NCBI GenBank assembly: GCA_009379845.1
Contig: WHSZ01000020.1
Coordinates: 11,817-75,816 of the forward strand
Source: Pseudonocardiaceae bacterium
Lineage (GTDB): Bacteria > Actinomycetota > Actinomycetes > Mycobacteriales > Pseudonocardiaceae
DNA: 64,000 bases
Reading direction: 5' to 3'
The number at the start of each line of letters is the position of its first letter. Position 1 is the stretch's first letter. Made by a program: the position numbers and the translations under genes. This document shows positions 20,278 through 29,033 of the stretch, one piece after another. The notes under the pieces were generated by a model. That model did not search any database and had not been told where the DNA came from. It worked only from the letters and a program-made list of their open reading frames with translations.

Positions 20278-22935
20278 ATGGCCGAGAATCGTGACGGGCC
20301 GGTGTGCGAAGCTCGCGGGGTGCGTGATGCGGGTACGCGACTACTCGACCGGGTGCTGGCCGGGACACCAGCCGGGCGCCTGTCCTTGGATCCGTCCGCG
20401 GATCCAGCCGCCGATCCAGCCGCGGATCCAGCCATGGGTTTATCCGCCGGGTCGCCCGCTGGGTTGTCCGGGGACTCCTCCACGGGATCGCCCGCTGGGT
20501 CGTCGGAGGGCTCGCCCGCTGGGTCCTCCAGGGGCTCGTCCGAAGGCCCGTTCGAAGGCTCGTCCGAAGGGCCGTTCGAGGGGCCGTTCGAGGGGCCGTT
20601 CGAGGGGCCGTTCGAGGGGCCGCTGACGCACCGTGCCGAACTGCCGGAGCGGCCGGCGCGGTTCACCGAGTGGCCGTCCTGGGTGCCCGAAGAAGTGGTG
20701 TCCGCGTTCCGCTCGTCGGGGGTGCGGCAGCCCTGGTCGCATCAGGCGGAGGCGGCGACGCTCGCGTGGTCCGGGCAGCACATGGTGATCTCCACCGGAA
20801 CGGCCTCCGGGAAGTCACTTGCCTACCAGTTACCCGTGCTGTCCACTTTGGCCTCCTCGCGCGAGGCGACGGCGCTGTATCTGTCCCCGACGAAGGCGCT
20901 GGCGGCTGATCAGCTTCGCGGGTTGCGGGAGTTGGACGTGCCGGATGTGCGTCCGGCCGCTTACGACGGCGATACGCCGACCGGGGAGCGAGATTGGGTG
21001 CGATCGCACGCCAGGTGGGTGTTCAGCAACCCGGACATGCTGCACCGCTCGGTGCTGCCCGGACACCAGCGCTGGTCGCATTTCTTCCGCCGGCTCTGCT
21101 ACGTGGTCGTGGACGAATGCCACTCCTATCGTGGGGTTTTCGGCTCGCACGTCGCGCTGCTGCTCCGCCGGCTGCACCGGGTGGCGCGGCGGTACGGGGC
21201 CTCACCGGTGTTCGTGCTGGCGTCCGCGACCGTGGCCGACCCGGCGAGTTCGGCGACGCTGCTGACCGGCGTGGACTGTGTGGCGGTGGCGGATGACGCC
21301 TCTCCTCGGGGTGCGCGCACCGTGGCGTTGTGGGAGCCGCCGCTGATTCCCGAGCTCACCGGCGAGAACGAGGCGCCGGTGCGTCGCTCTGCCGGTGCGG
21401 AGGCGGCCCGGATCATGGCGGATCTGGTGGTGGAAGGTGCTCGGACGCTGGCGTTCGTGCGGTCCCGGCGCGGCGCGGAACTGACCGCCCTCGGCGCGCG
21501 CCGCCACCTGTCCGAAGCGGACCCGTCGTTGGGTTCGCGGGTCGCGGCGTACCGCGCCGGTTTCCTACCGGAAGAACGGCGGGAGCTGGAGGAGAAGCTG
21601 GATTCGGGCGCCCTGCTGGGGGTGGCGAGCACGAATGCGCTGGAACTCGGCGTGGACATCACCGGGTTGGACGCGGTCGTGGTTGCCGGCTATCCGGGCA
21701 CGCTGGCGTCGTTCTGGCAGCAGGCCGGGCGGGCCGGTCGCGCGGGTTCCGGTGCGCTGGTGGTGTTCGTCGCGCGGGACGATCCGCTGGACACCTACCT
21801 CGTGCACCATCCCGAGGCGGTGCTGGACCGGCCGATCGAAGCGACCGTGCTTGACCCGTCGAACCCGTACGTGCTGGCGCCGCACCTGGCGTGCGCGGCG
21901 GCGGAGTTGCCGTTGACGTCCCGGTGCCTCGCGGCGTTCGGTGGTCCGGCCGCGCGGGAGGTGGTGGACGGGCTCGTCGAGGATGGGATGCTGCGGCGCC
22001 GCAAGTCCGGCTGGTACTGGACCTCGAAGGATCGGCCGCAGTACGAGGTGGACATCCGTGGGTCCGGCGGCGATCAGATCATGGTGGTTGAGACGGACTC
22101 CGGGCGGATGCTGGGCACCGTCGACCCGATCGCGGCGCATGCCCAGGTGCATCCGGGCGCGGTTTACCTGCACCAGGGTGTGTCCTACGTGGTCGATTCG
22201 CTCTCCCTGGACGAGGGTTTGGCGATGGTGCACGCAGAAGATCCGGAGTGGAACACCTCGCCGCGTGAAGTAGTGGACATCGAGGTGCTTGGCACCGCTC
22301 GATCCGAATCGTTCGGCGGGATAGGCACCTGCCTCGGCGAGGTCGCGGTTAGCTCGCAGGTCGTTGGCTACCTGCGCCGGCTGCCATCAGGAGAGGTGCT
22401 CGACCAGATTCCGCTTGACCTGCCGGAACGACGGCTGACCACCAGAGCCGTGTGGTACACGGTCAGTGAGGAATTGTTGTGCGGCAGCGCACCGGGGGGC
22501 GCCGGGTTAGAGCCGGCGCGCATCCCCGGTGCGCTACACGCCGCCGAGCACGCGGCGATCGGTCTGCTACCGCTGTTCGCGACCTGTGACCGTTGGGACA
22601 TCGGCGGGGTTTCCACCGCGCTTCATGCTGACACCGGGGAGGCAACGGTGTTCGTGCACGATGGTCATCCCGGAGGAGCGGGTTTTGCCGACCGCGGCTT
22701 TGCCGCGCTCGTCCCATGGCTGGCCGCGACGCGGGAGGCGATCGTCTCCTGCGAATGCCCGGCTGGGTGCCCGTCCTGCGTTCAATCGCCCAAGTGCGGG
22801 AACGGCAATGAACCGCTGGACAAGGCGGGGGCGGTGGCCGTGCTGGACACCGTGCTGCGCGAACTGCGCGAGCACGGTGTCGGGGCCCAACACGACCGGT
22901 TGCACGATCAGGCCTCTGCCGCCACCAAGCGCTGA
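20278..22935 (+). CDS. SF2 DEAD/DEAH-box helicase with C-terminal DUF1998 Zn-cluster (SftH / MrfA / Rv3649-like)
   Basis: Motif I STGTASGKSLAY, motif II VVDECHSY, and a C-terminal CECPAGCPSCVQSPKCGNGN. The start is uncertain (ATG 20278 or 20242; the track ORF starts at 20131). Confidence 0.9.
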   Translation: MAENRDGPVCEARGVRDAGTRLLDRVLAGTPAGRLSLDPSADPAADPAADPAMGLSAGSPAGLSGDSSTGSPAGSSEGSPAGSSRGSSEGPFEGSSEGPFEGPFEGPFEGPFEGPLTHRAELPERPARFTEWPSWVPEEVVSAFRSSGVRQPWSHQAEAATLAWSGQHMVISTGTASGKSLAYQLPVLSTLASSREATALYLSPTKALAADQLRGLRELDVPDVRPAAYDGDTPTGERDWVRSHARWVFSNPDMLHRSVLPGHQRWSHFFRRLCYVVVDECHSYRGVFGSHVALLLRRLHRVARRYGASPVFVLASATVADPASSATLLTGVDCVAVADDASPRGARTVALWEPPLIPELTGENEAPVRRSAGAEAARIMADLVVEGARTLAFVRSRRGAELTALGARRHLSEADPSLGSRVAAYRAGFLPEERRELEEKLDSGALLGVASTNALELGVDITGLDAVVVAGYPGTLASFWQQAGRAGRAGSGALVVFVARDDPLDTYLVHHPEAVLDRPIEATVLDPSNPYVLAPHLACAAAELPLTSRCLAAFGGPAAREVVDGLVEDGMLRRRKSGWYWTSKDRPQYEVDIRGSGGDQIMVVETDSGRMLGTVDPIAAHAQVHPGAVYLHQGVSYVVDSLSLDEGLAMVHAEDPEWNTSPREVVDIEVLGTARSESFGGIGTCLGEVAVSSQVVGYLRRLPSGEVLDQIPLDLPERRLTTRAVWYTVSEELLCGSAPGGAGLEPARIPGALHAAEHAAIGLLPLFATCDRWDIGGVSTALHADTGEATVFVHDGHPGGAGFADRGFAALVPWLAATREAIVSCECPAGCPSCVQSPKCGNGNEPLDKAGAVAVLDTVLRELREHGVGAQHDRLHDQASAATKR
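20389..20622 (+). repeat. in-frame 12-nt tandem repeat arrays inside the helicase N-terminus
   Basis: GATCC(G/A)(T/G)CCGC(G/C) occurs about 3.75 times (20389-20433, encoding DPSADPAADPAADPA). GGGCCGTTCGAG occurs as 4 perfect copies (20569-20616, encoding GPFE x4). Degenerate GSPAG/SSEGPFEG units lie between the two arrays. Confidence 0.9.
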
Positions 22936-23600
22936 GCGCTTGCTACGGCCGCTTTCTGGCTACTGATCGCACCGAGGAGCGCGGCGTGTACGACGTGCGC
23001 GGTGGGTAGCTGCCAGCCCCAAACATCGGGCTTGACCCGCCAGTGCACGACACCGTGCTCGAAGGGTGTGGGCGGCAACGGAACCCAGCTACCCATGCCG
23101 TGCCAGGTGACACCGGCCTGCTTGTGCAGGGCCGGCTCGGGGGATGTCCCTGGCGCGGTGAGAAACAGCCAGCGACCGTTCGGGGTGGCCACGATCGGCA
23201 CGGGCTGACCGGTCACTCGCAACGCCCGAGCCGCGCGCCTACCGAGTTGGTCATCAACCTCGATGGCGTCGACGGCCGAACCGGTCGCGACGAGCAGGCT
23301 GTACGGGTGACCGGACCACCACTCGGCGATCTGATCGGGTGTCGCCCCGAGGTGCTCGGTCCAGTCCTGACGAATCGGAACCGGGCCGTGCTCCTCGTGG
23401 CCCGCGCGGCCCGCCCACCGGTGGTCGCCGCACTGCGGCTCATTCGACTGAGCCGCCTCGGAGGAGTTGGCCGGAATGGAGTTCGTTGGATAGGTGCCCG
23501 GCAGTACCGGCCAGCCTCGCCAAGCGAATCCGATGGCTTCGGCGCGAAGCTCGATGCGGAACGCGCCGCGCCAGCTATCCGACCAATCCGTGTCCAACAT
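22908..23600 (-). CDS. bifunctional DNA primase/polymerase (PrimPol) N-terminal-domain protein
   Basis: AIGFAWRGWPVLPG...YSLLVATGSAVDAIEVD...PIVATPNGRWLFLTAPG pattern. ATG 23600 is preceded by AAGGAGG. The 3' end overlaps the helicase 3' end by 28 nt. Confidence 0.7.
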   Translation of the reverse strand: MLDTDWSDSWRGAFRIELRAEAIGFAWRGWPVLPGTYPTNSIPANSSEAAQSNEPQCGDHRWAGRAGHEEHGPVPIRQDWTEHLGATPDQIAEWWSGHPYSLLVATGSAVDAIEVDDQLGRRAARALRVTGQPVPIVATPNGRWLFLTAPGTSPEPALHKQAGVTWHGMGSWVPLPPTPFEHGVVHWRVKPDVWGWQLPTAHVVHAALLGAISSQKAAVASAQRLVAAEA

Positions 23601-23809
23601 TGCTGGTACTGCCTCCTTAAGTCTGGCTCGCGAAGCTTTTCGTGGCCGGTAGTCGTTTGAGGTGTGTCGTTCGCCTCACTGCTTAGAACTGAACGCCATC
23701 TGGAAAGTCATCGGTACCCCCTCGTCGACAACTGGTAGTTGCCGTACGCCGAGCGCGCGGTGCTGATGAGGAAGGACTGAACGCCGACCGGTCATCAAGG
23801 TGCCATTCG

Positions 23810-24253
23810 TCACCTCCCAGGAGTGCGCGGTATGCCGCTCGTCGTGTGCTGACGACCGTTGCTCGTACTGCTTGGCTGGTCAGCGGCAGCGGGACCCGCC
23901 CGTGCCCTGGCGTTCGCCGAACCGAAGCCGGCCAGCGCGCTCGGCGGTTCCGAGGTCACTTTCACGCGCGCGTCCCACCCGTCGAGGCGGCAGGACACCA
24001 GCCGCGTCCGCATCCGTTCGACCACCCATCGAGCGCGACCGCAGGCGTACCGTTCGCCGCTCGCCGCGTAGCCGGCAGCGGCAAGCGCGCCGAGATCGGC
24101 GGCACCGGTCGCGCGGTGCCGAGTAACGACTGCCGTCCCGAGCCACATCACCAGCACGCCAACCATGATCAGCGCGGCGCTGGCGCCTGCGGCCCATACC
24201 GTCGCGAACCCGTGATCACGGTCGGACCACCGGCTCGCGTGGCTACCCGCCAT
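23810..24253 (-). CDS. Rv3654c-family TadE-like pilus protein
   Basis: DHGFATVWAAGASAALIMVGVLVMW hydrophobic N-terminus and its position as the last gene of the Tad operon. Trimmed to ATG 24253. Confidence 0.7.
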   Translation of the reverse strand: MAGSHASRWSDRDHGFATVWAAGASAALIMVGVLVMWLGTAVVTRHRATGAADLGALAAAGYAASGERYACGRARWVVERMRTRLVSCRLDGWDARVKVTSEPPSALAGFGSANARARAGPAAADQPSSTSNGRQHTTSGIPRTPGR

Positions 24254-24656
24254 CGTGCCCTCCGCTCTCGCCGCTGCCTGCCGGAGCTCCGGCCGATGCG
24301 CTGCCCGGCTCGGCGATGGCGAACGCGTCCGCCCGCAGTCGCACACCGGGGAGCAGCCCACCGACCGGGTCGGCGAGTACCCGCACGGAAATCTCGTCGC
24401 CTTCGGTCGTCACCTGGAGCCGAGCACCGTTCGGCGCGATCCGGGCTACCGCATGCCGCGCCCGTTCTGGCTCGCCACGTGCCACCAGGCGGGCGGCTTC
24501 CCTGGCCGCATCGGTGCAGCGAAGCTGGCCACTGATCGCGCCGACACCGGCCAGCACCAGGCTCAGCACCGCGACAAGTGCGCCTACCGCGATCGCGGCC
24601 TCGACGGTCACCGCGCCACCGTCGCGATCCGGGGCTTCACCGATCGCGGCGGTCAT
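24243..24656 (-). CDS. TadE-family pseudopilin
   Basis: GAVTVEAAIAVGALVAVLSLVLAGVG TadE-type N-terminus. Operon position as for Rv3655c. Confidence 0.75.
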   Translation of the reverse strand: MTAAIGEAPDRDGGAVTVEAAIAVGALVAVLSLVLAGVGAISGQLRCTDAAREAARLVARGEPERARHAVARIAPNGARLQVTTEGDEISVRVLADPVGGLLPGVRLRADAFAIAEPGSASAGAPAGSGESGGHDGG

Positions 24657-24689
24657 GGCGCGCCACCCGTGGCCGGCACCGGCTGATCA

Positions 24690-24929
24690 TCAGAAGCTCA
24701 CCGACAACGCCCGCTCCACGAGCGAGGTGAGCCCGGAAACGATCGAGTCGCCGGTGACCACCGCGTAGAGAACCGCGGCGAAGGCGGCGGCCGCGATCGT
24801 GCCGATGGCGTACTCGGCCGTGCTCATCCCGTCATCGTTCTCGTGCCGGCGCCGCCGAGGAGACCGGGTCGTGGGAGCCACCGTGCGGCACGGCCGCAGC
24901 GGGAAGTTTCCGTAATAGGGCAGGAACAT
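24690..24929 (-). CDS. Flp-like pilin (DUF4244, Rv3656c-like)
   Basis: G/MSTAEYAIGTIAAAAFAAVLYAVV carries the Flp G-XXXXEY processing motif. The start is chosen 8 nt after GGAGGAGG; the track ORF extends to 24959. Confidence 0.7.
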   Translation of the reverse strand: MFLPYYGNFPLRPCRTVAPTTRSPRRRRHENDDGMSTAEYAIGTIAAAAFAAVLYAVVTGDSIVSGLTSLVERALSVSF

Positions 24930-25008
24930 CGCCATCTCCTCCTCCGTGCCTGCCGGCACTGCTCTAGTCCACCGTGGACAATTTGTTTCGCTACTCTTCT
25001 GTTCCCCA

Positions 25009-25755
25009 TCAGAGCGGCACCGCGAGCCGGCCAGTCATCCCGACGATCACCGGGATCACGCCGAGGCAGAGAAAGGCCGGCAAGAAGCACAGCCCCAGCG
25101 GGCCGGTGATCAGCACACCCGCCCGCTGTGCCTTTGCCTCGGCGGCGTCGTTGATCTCGGCGCGTACCCGTTCTGCCAGCGCCGTGGAAACATCCGCGAG
25201 GGCGGTACCGGACCGAGCGGTGCGTCGAGCACTTCGGGCCAGCTGGGCGGTCGCGGGATGCGCCAGTGCCGGTTGCCAGGCACGTTCGGGTTCGGCGCCC
25301 AAAGCGAGCAACTCGGCGCTCGCGCGCAGTCCACCGGCCGCGTCGCCGGGCATTTCGCCGGCGATCGCTCGAATCGCCGCTGGCACCGGCAACCCGGCGC
25401 GCAGGCACGCTGCGAGCAGATCCCAGCCCGCGGCAAGCCGTAACCGATCGAGTGGTTGGTCGGTTGCGGCGCTCCGCCCGCCCAACCGCCGCTTCGCGAC
25501 CCACCAGCACGACAGGGCAACCGGCGCGCTCAGCGCCGCGCCATGTGGCCAGCCGCCGAGCGCGACCGGCAATGAGCCGACGCCGATGGCGAACACGATG
25601 GGCAATAGCCGGAGGCCGCCGGAATCCGCGGTACGCCGGACGCGTCGATCGGCCACCGCGAACATCCTGGTTCGTGCGCCGCGGCGGGCCGGGTAGACGA
25701 GCAACGCGGTCGCCAGCGCCGTCAGAGCCAACGCTGAGGCACCATCTCCGATCAC
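25009..25755 (-). CDS. type II secretion F-family membrane protein (TadC-like)
   Basis: Polytopic membrane protein in the operon position of Rv3657c. Confidence 0.75.
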   Translation of the reverse strand: MIGDGASALALTALATALLVYPARRGARTRMFAVADRRVRRTADSGGLRLLPIVFAIGVGSLPVALGGWPHGAALSAPVALSCWWVAKRRLGGRSAATDQPLDRLRLAAGWDLLAACLRAGLPVPAAIRAIAGEMPGDAAGGLRASAELLALGAEPERAWQPALAHPATAQLARSARRTARSGTALADVSTALAERVRAEINDAAEAKAQRAGVLITGPLGLCFLPAFLCLGVIPVIVGMTGRLAVPL

Positions 25756-25789
25756 GACTCCCCCCTTACCGCGGTCCGCGCGCCGGCGT

Positions 25790-26602
25790 TCACGACAGCA
25801 CCGCTTGTTCGGTCAACCGCGCGCTCCACGCGACGCCTGCGCAGATCAACGCCACGCCAACGGCGAGAAGCACCTGACCGGACGGCGTGGCAGCCAGTAC
25901 CCGCAGCGGGCCGGCGCCCATCGCCTCGCCCAGCAACACACCCACCGCCGGAAGCAGCGCCAAAACCAGGGCGCTCGCCCGTGGCCCCGCCATCCGTGCC
26001 CGCACCTGGTTGGCGAACCTGACTCGCTCATCGAGCTCCCGCCGCACCGCGTCGAGCACGTCGGCCAGCGGCAACCCATGCCGCTGTACCAGCAGCCAGG
26101 TGCGGACCAATTGGCCCAGTGCCCGGGACAACGAGGGAACGGTGACGGCGCTACCGGCGAGCGCCCGCCCCACGTCACCACCGAGCCGCGCGGTTCCGGC
26201 GATGGCCCGCATCGGTAGGGCCGCTTGCGGGTGCGCGTCGACCGCGACGGATTCGGCCGCGTCCGCTGGATGTGCGCCGGCCCGCAGTTCGAGGACAAGT
26301 GCGCGGAGCGCATCGGCCAGCCCGTCGTAGGCGGCGAGCTTGCTATGCAACGCACGCCGCGCCCGCCATCGCCACCAACCCGTGCCGGCGGCGAGACCGG
26401 CCGCAACGGCGCCACCAGGGCCGAGTAACAACCAGCCGGCGACGGCGGCGAGCGCCAGCAGCAGCGCATCGGGGCGGCGGAGTAACGCAGGACCTGTTAC
26501 CGGAATGGCCGTCACGACGAGTTTCCGGATCCGCCCGCTGCTGGGTGGCCGCGGCCAGCCGAGCAGCGCCACCCCCGCGCACGTCACAGCCCACATCAGC
26601 AT
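25790..26602 (-). CDS. type II secretion F-family membrane protein (TadB-like)
   Basis: Polytopic membrane protein. It overlaps the tadA stop by 7 nt, in the position of Rv3658c. Confidence 0.75.
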   Translation of the reverse strand: MLMWAVTCAGVALLGWPRPPSSGRIRKLVVTAIPVTGPALLRRPDALLLALAAVAGWLLLGPGGAVAAGLAAGTGWWRWRARRALHSKLAAYDGLADALRALVLELRAGAHPADAAESVAVDAHPQAALPMRAIAGTARLGGDVGRALAGSAVTVPSLSRALGQLVRTWLLVQRHGLPLADVLDAVRRELDERVRFANQVRARMAGPRASALVLALLPAVGVLLGEAMGAGPLRVLAATPSGQVLLAVGVALICAGVAWSARLTEQAVLS

Positions 26603-27768
26603 TGCTTCGATACCCCTCTGGCCTGCAAAAGCTCGTCGAGCAACGCGCGCCGGTCCGTCCAGCCGGACTCGCCGTCCCGCCAGACAGGCAAGACCCGAAC
26701 CTCGGCGCGGTCACGTTGCAGCACGCCGATCTCGGCGAGCCGGCGCCCGCCGGCGGTGGTGCGCCGCATGTGCAGCACGACCTGAACGGCAGCGGCGAGT
26801 TGGCTGTGCAGCGCTTCCCGGTCGAGACCGCCAAGCGCGGCGAGTGCCTCCAGCCGGGCGGGGACTTCGATTGGGGAGTTCGCGTGCAGCGTGCCGGCTC
26901 CTCCTTCGTGTCCAGTGTTGAGCGCGTTCAGCAGTTCACATACTTCTGAACCGCGCACCTCGCCGACCACGAGCCGATCCGGGCGCATCCGCAGCGCCTG
27001 CCGAACCAGGCAGCGCACGGTTATCTCACCCGCCCCCTCGACATTGGCCTGGCGAGCGATCAGCCGGACGAACTGAGGATGTGCCGGCTGCAGCTCGCCG
27101 GCGTCCTCCACGCACACGATCCGTTCGGTGGCGGGAACTCTGCCGAGCAACGCGGCAAGCAACGTGCTCTTGCCGCTGCCGGTACCACCGACCACCAGGA
27201 ACGCCAGGCGTGCCGCGACTATCGCGCTCAGCAGCTCGGCCATCGGCTCGTCGAAGGTGCCCAGTTCACGTAACGCGCGAAGATCATGCGCCGCCGGCCG
27301 GAGCACCCGCAGCGACAGGCATGTGCCGTCCGCGGCGAGCGGCGGCAGTACCGCGTGCAGCCGGATCCGGCCGGTCGCTCCCGAACCGGGCAGCCACCCG
27401 TCCACGTAGGGCTGCGCGTCATCGAGGCGCCGGCCGGCGGCCAGCGCCAGCCGGGTGGCGAGCCGCCGCACCGCGCCGTCGTCCGGGAACTCGATATCGG
27501 TGCGGCGCAAACCGTTCGCACCATCCACCCAGACCTCGCTCGGCGCGGTCACCAGCACGTCGGTTGTCTCCGGCTCACGCAGCAGCGGTTCGAGCGGGCC
27601 GGCGCCGACGAATTCCTGCCGGAGTACCCGCATCGCCTCGAGAAGATCGGTATGGCCGACCACACCCCCGGCCTCGGCGCGCACCGCGTCGGCGACGCTG
27701 GTCGCAGTGACCTCCATCCCGCCGCTTGCCAGCCGCTCGCGAACGCGGTCCATCAGCTGCCCGCCCAT
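26596..27768 (-). CDS. TadA/CpaF secretion ATPase
   Basis: Walker A VVGGTGSGKSTLLAALL, Walker B RIVCVEDAGEL, and a His box GHEGGAGTLHANS. Confidence 0.9.
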   Translation of the reverse strand: MGGQLMDRVRERLASGGMEVTATSVADAVRAEAGGVVGHTDLLEAMRVLRQEFVGAGPLEPLLREPETTDVLVTAPSEVWVDGANGLRRTDIEFPDDGAVRRLATRLALAAGRRLDDAQPYVDGWLPGSGATGRIRLHAVLPPLAADGTCLSLRVLRPAAHDLRALRELGTFDEPMAELLSAIVAARLAFLVVGGTGSGKSTLLAALLGRVPATERIVCVEDAGELQPAHPQFVRLIARQANVEGAGEITVRCLVRQALRMRPDRLVVGEVRGSEVCELLNALNTGHEGGAGTLHANSPIEVPARLEALAALGGLDREALHSQLAAAVQVVLHMRRTTAGGRRLAEIGVLQRDRAEVRVLPVWRDGESGWTDRRALLDELLQARGVSKQC

Positions 27769-28901
27769 TACGCTGCCCTCGCCCGGTTCTCGGCATCAAC
27801 AGGCTTGGTGCGTTCGACCGGAACCTCGGCGAGCACGGCCGTCGCCGCCCGCTCCAGCGGCCCTCCACCGCGTGGCCGCAGCTGACCATGCTCCAAGTTT
27901 CGCGCCAGACCGATCTCTGGGCGCATCGTGGCGATCAGCGGCGCCCCAACGGCCTCTGTGATCTCCCTGACCCGCAATCCGCCTGGTGCCGGACCGCGGA
28001 CGAGCATGCCCGCTCGGACACCGCGCTCCCGTAGCTTGCCGGCCAGCCGCCTTGCCGAAACGGACGCTCGCACCTCGGCGGGCACGATCACCACCGTCAG
28101 ATCGGCTCTATCGGCAACCGCCCAACCGACGCCTTGGCCGGCGTCCAGGTCCCTGGCCAGATCGCAGATCACTGTCTCGCCGCAACGGCGGCCGGCCTCG
28201 ATGACGGCCACCACCGACTCCGGCGTCGGCCCTGGCTCATCCCGATCGCAGGAGAGCAAGGCAAGCCGGCCGGCACCGTCCTGTCGCTTCGGCAGCGCGG
28301 AACGCAGGGATTCGCCGGATACCCGTCCCGCGGTAACTCTCAGTTCCGGCCACCGCAGCCCCACTTCGGCTTCCGCGCCGAGCACCAGATCGAGCCCGCC
28401 CGCGGCTGGGTCGCAATCCACCACCAGCGCGCTGCCGCCGGCCCGCAACACGGTCAGGCCGAGCGCGGCAACGAACACCGACGCTCCGGCGCCGCCACGC
28501 CCGCCGACGACGGCGATCACGGATCCAGGTGCCGAGCCCGGCTTTTCCAACGCGTCAGCAAAGGCGGTGACCAATTCCGGCTCGTCGTCCGGCAGGCACA
28601 CCACGTCTCGGGCACCGACCGCGACGGCTCGTTGCCAAACCTCGGGCGGCGGTTTCTCCGGTTTACTCGCACATACCAGCACGACGCCGTCCCGCCGAGG
28701 CAGCCCGGCTCGACGACACTCCCGCGCGTGCTCGTCATCGAGCACCACCAGCGGCGCGCCCATCCAGCGCGCCCTCGCCGCCGTGGCGTCCGATATACGT
28801 TCCGGTTCGCAGCCGGCCGCGGCGGCGAGACGCAGAATGTCGTCGAGCAGGCTCTCGTCGTCGACAAGCACGAGCGGTCGTGGCCCAGTGATCTGTTCCA
28901 T
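27768..28901 (-). CDS. ssd: septum site-determining protein Ssd (ParA/MinD-like, degenerate P-loop)
   Basis: N-terminal receiver-like region plus IAVVGGRGGAGASVFVAALG. First gene of the Tad operon, as for Rv3660c. ATG 28901 chosen (the track starts at TTG 28916). Confidence 0.8.
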   Translation of the reverse strand: MEQITGPRPLVLVDDESLLDDILRLAAAAGCEPERISDATAARARWMGAPLVVLDDEHARECRRAGLPRRDGVVLVCASKPEKPPPEVWQRAVAVGARDVVCLPDDEPELVTAFADALEKPGSAPGSVIAVVGGRGGAGASVFVAALGLTVLRAGGSALVVDCDPAAGGLDLVLGAEAEVGLRWPELRVTAGRVSGESLRSALPKRQDGAGRLALLSCDRDEPGPTPESVVAVIEAGRRCGETVICDLARDLDAGQGVGWAVADRADLTVVIVPAEVRASVSARRLAGKLRERGVRAGMLVRGPAPGGLRVREITEAVGAPLIATMRPEIGLARNLEHGQLRPRGGGPLERAATAVLAEVPVERTKPVDAENRARAA

Positions 28902-29005
28902 CCGTTTTGCCCCCAAGGTCCGGTCGGTGGTGACCCGCGGCGGACGCCGGTCACATCGCCACGCTGCCGGCAGCTACCCCCCCTGACAACGCCGGGTGAT
29001 CAACT

Positions 29006-29033
29006 TGTGGACAACTCCCCCTGGTGTGGATAA
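29006..29033 (-). promoter_or_regulatory. pair of DnaA-box matches (minus strand TTATCCACA and TTGTCCACA) upstream of ssd
   Basis: The plus strand reads TGTGGACAA at 29006-29014 and TGTGGATAA at 29025-29033. Both have the same orientation and lie about 105-130 nt upstream of the ssd start. Confidence 0.35.

Noticed and set aside
20389-20622. Whether the tandem repeats could be a CRISPR-like or minisatellite array.
   Set aside because: The units are 12 nt and contiguous with no spacers, and they are in frame within a long ORF. This is a coding microsatellite, not a CRISPR array. No cas genes are present in the window.
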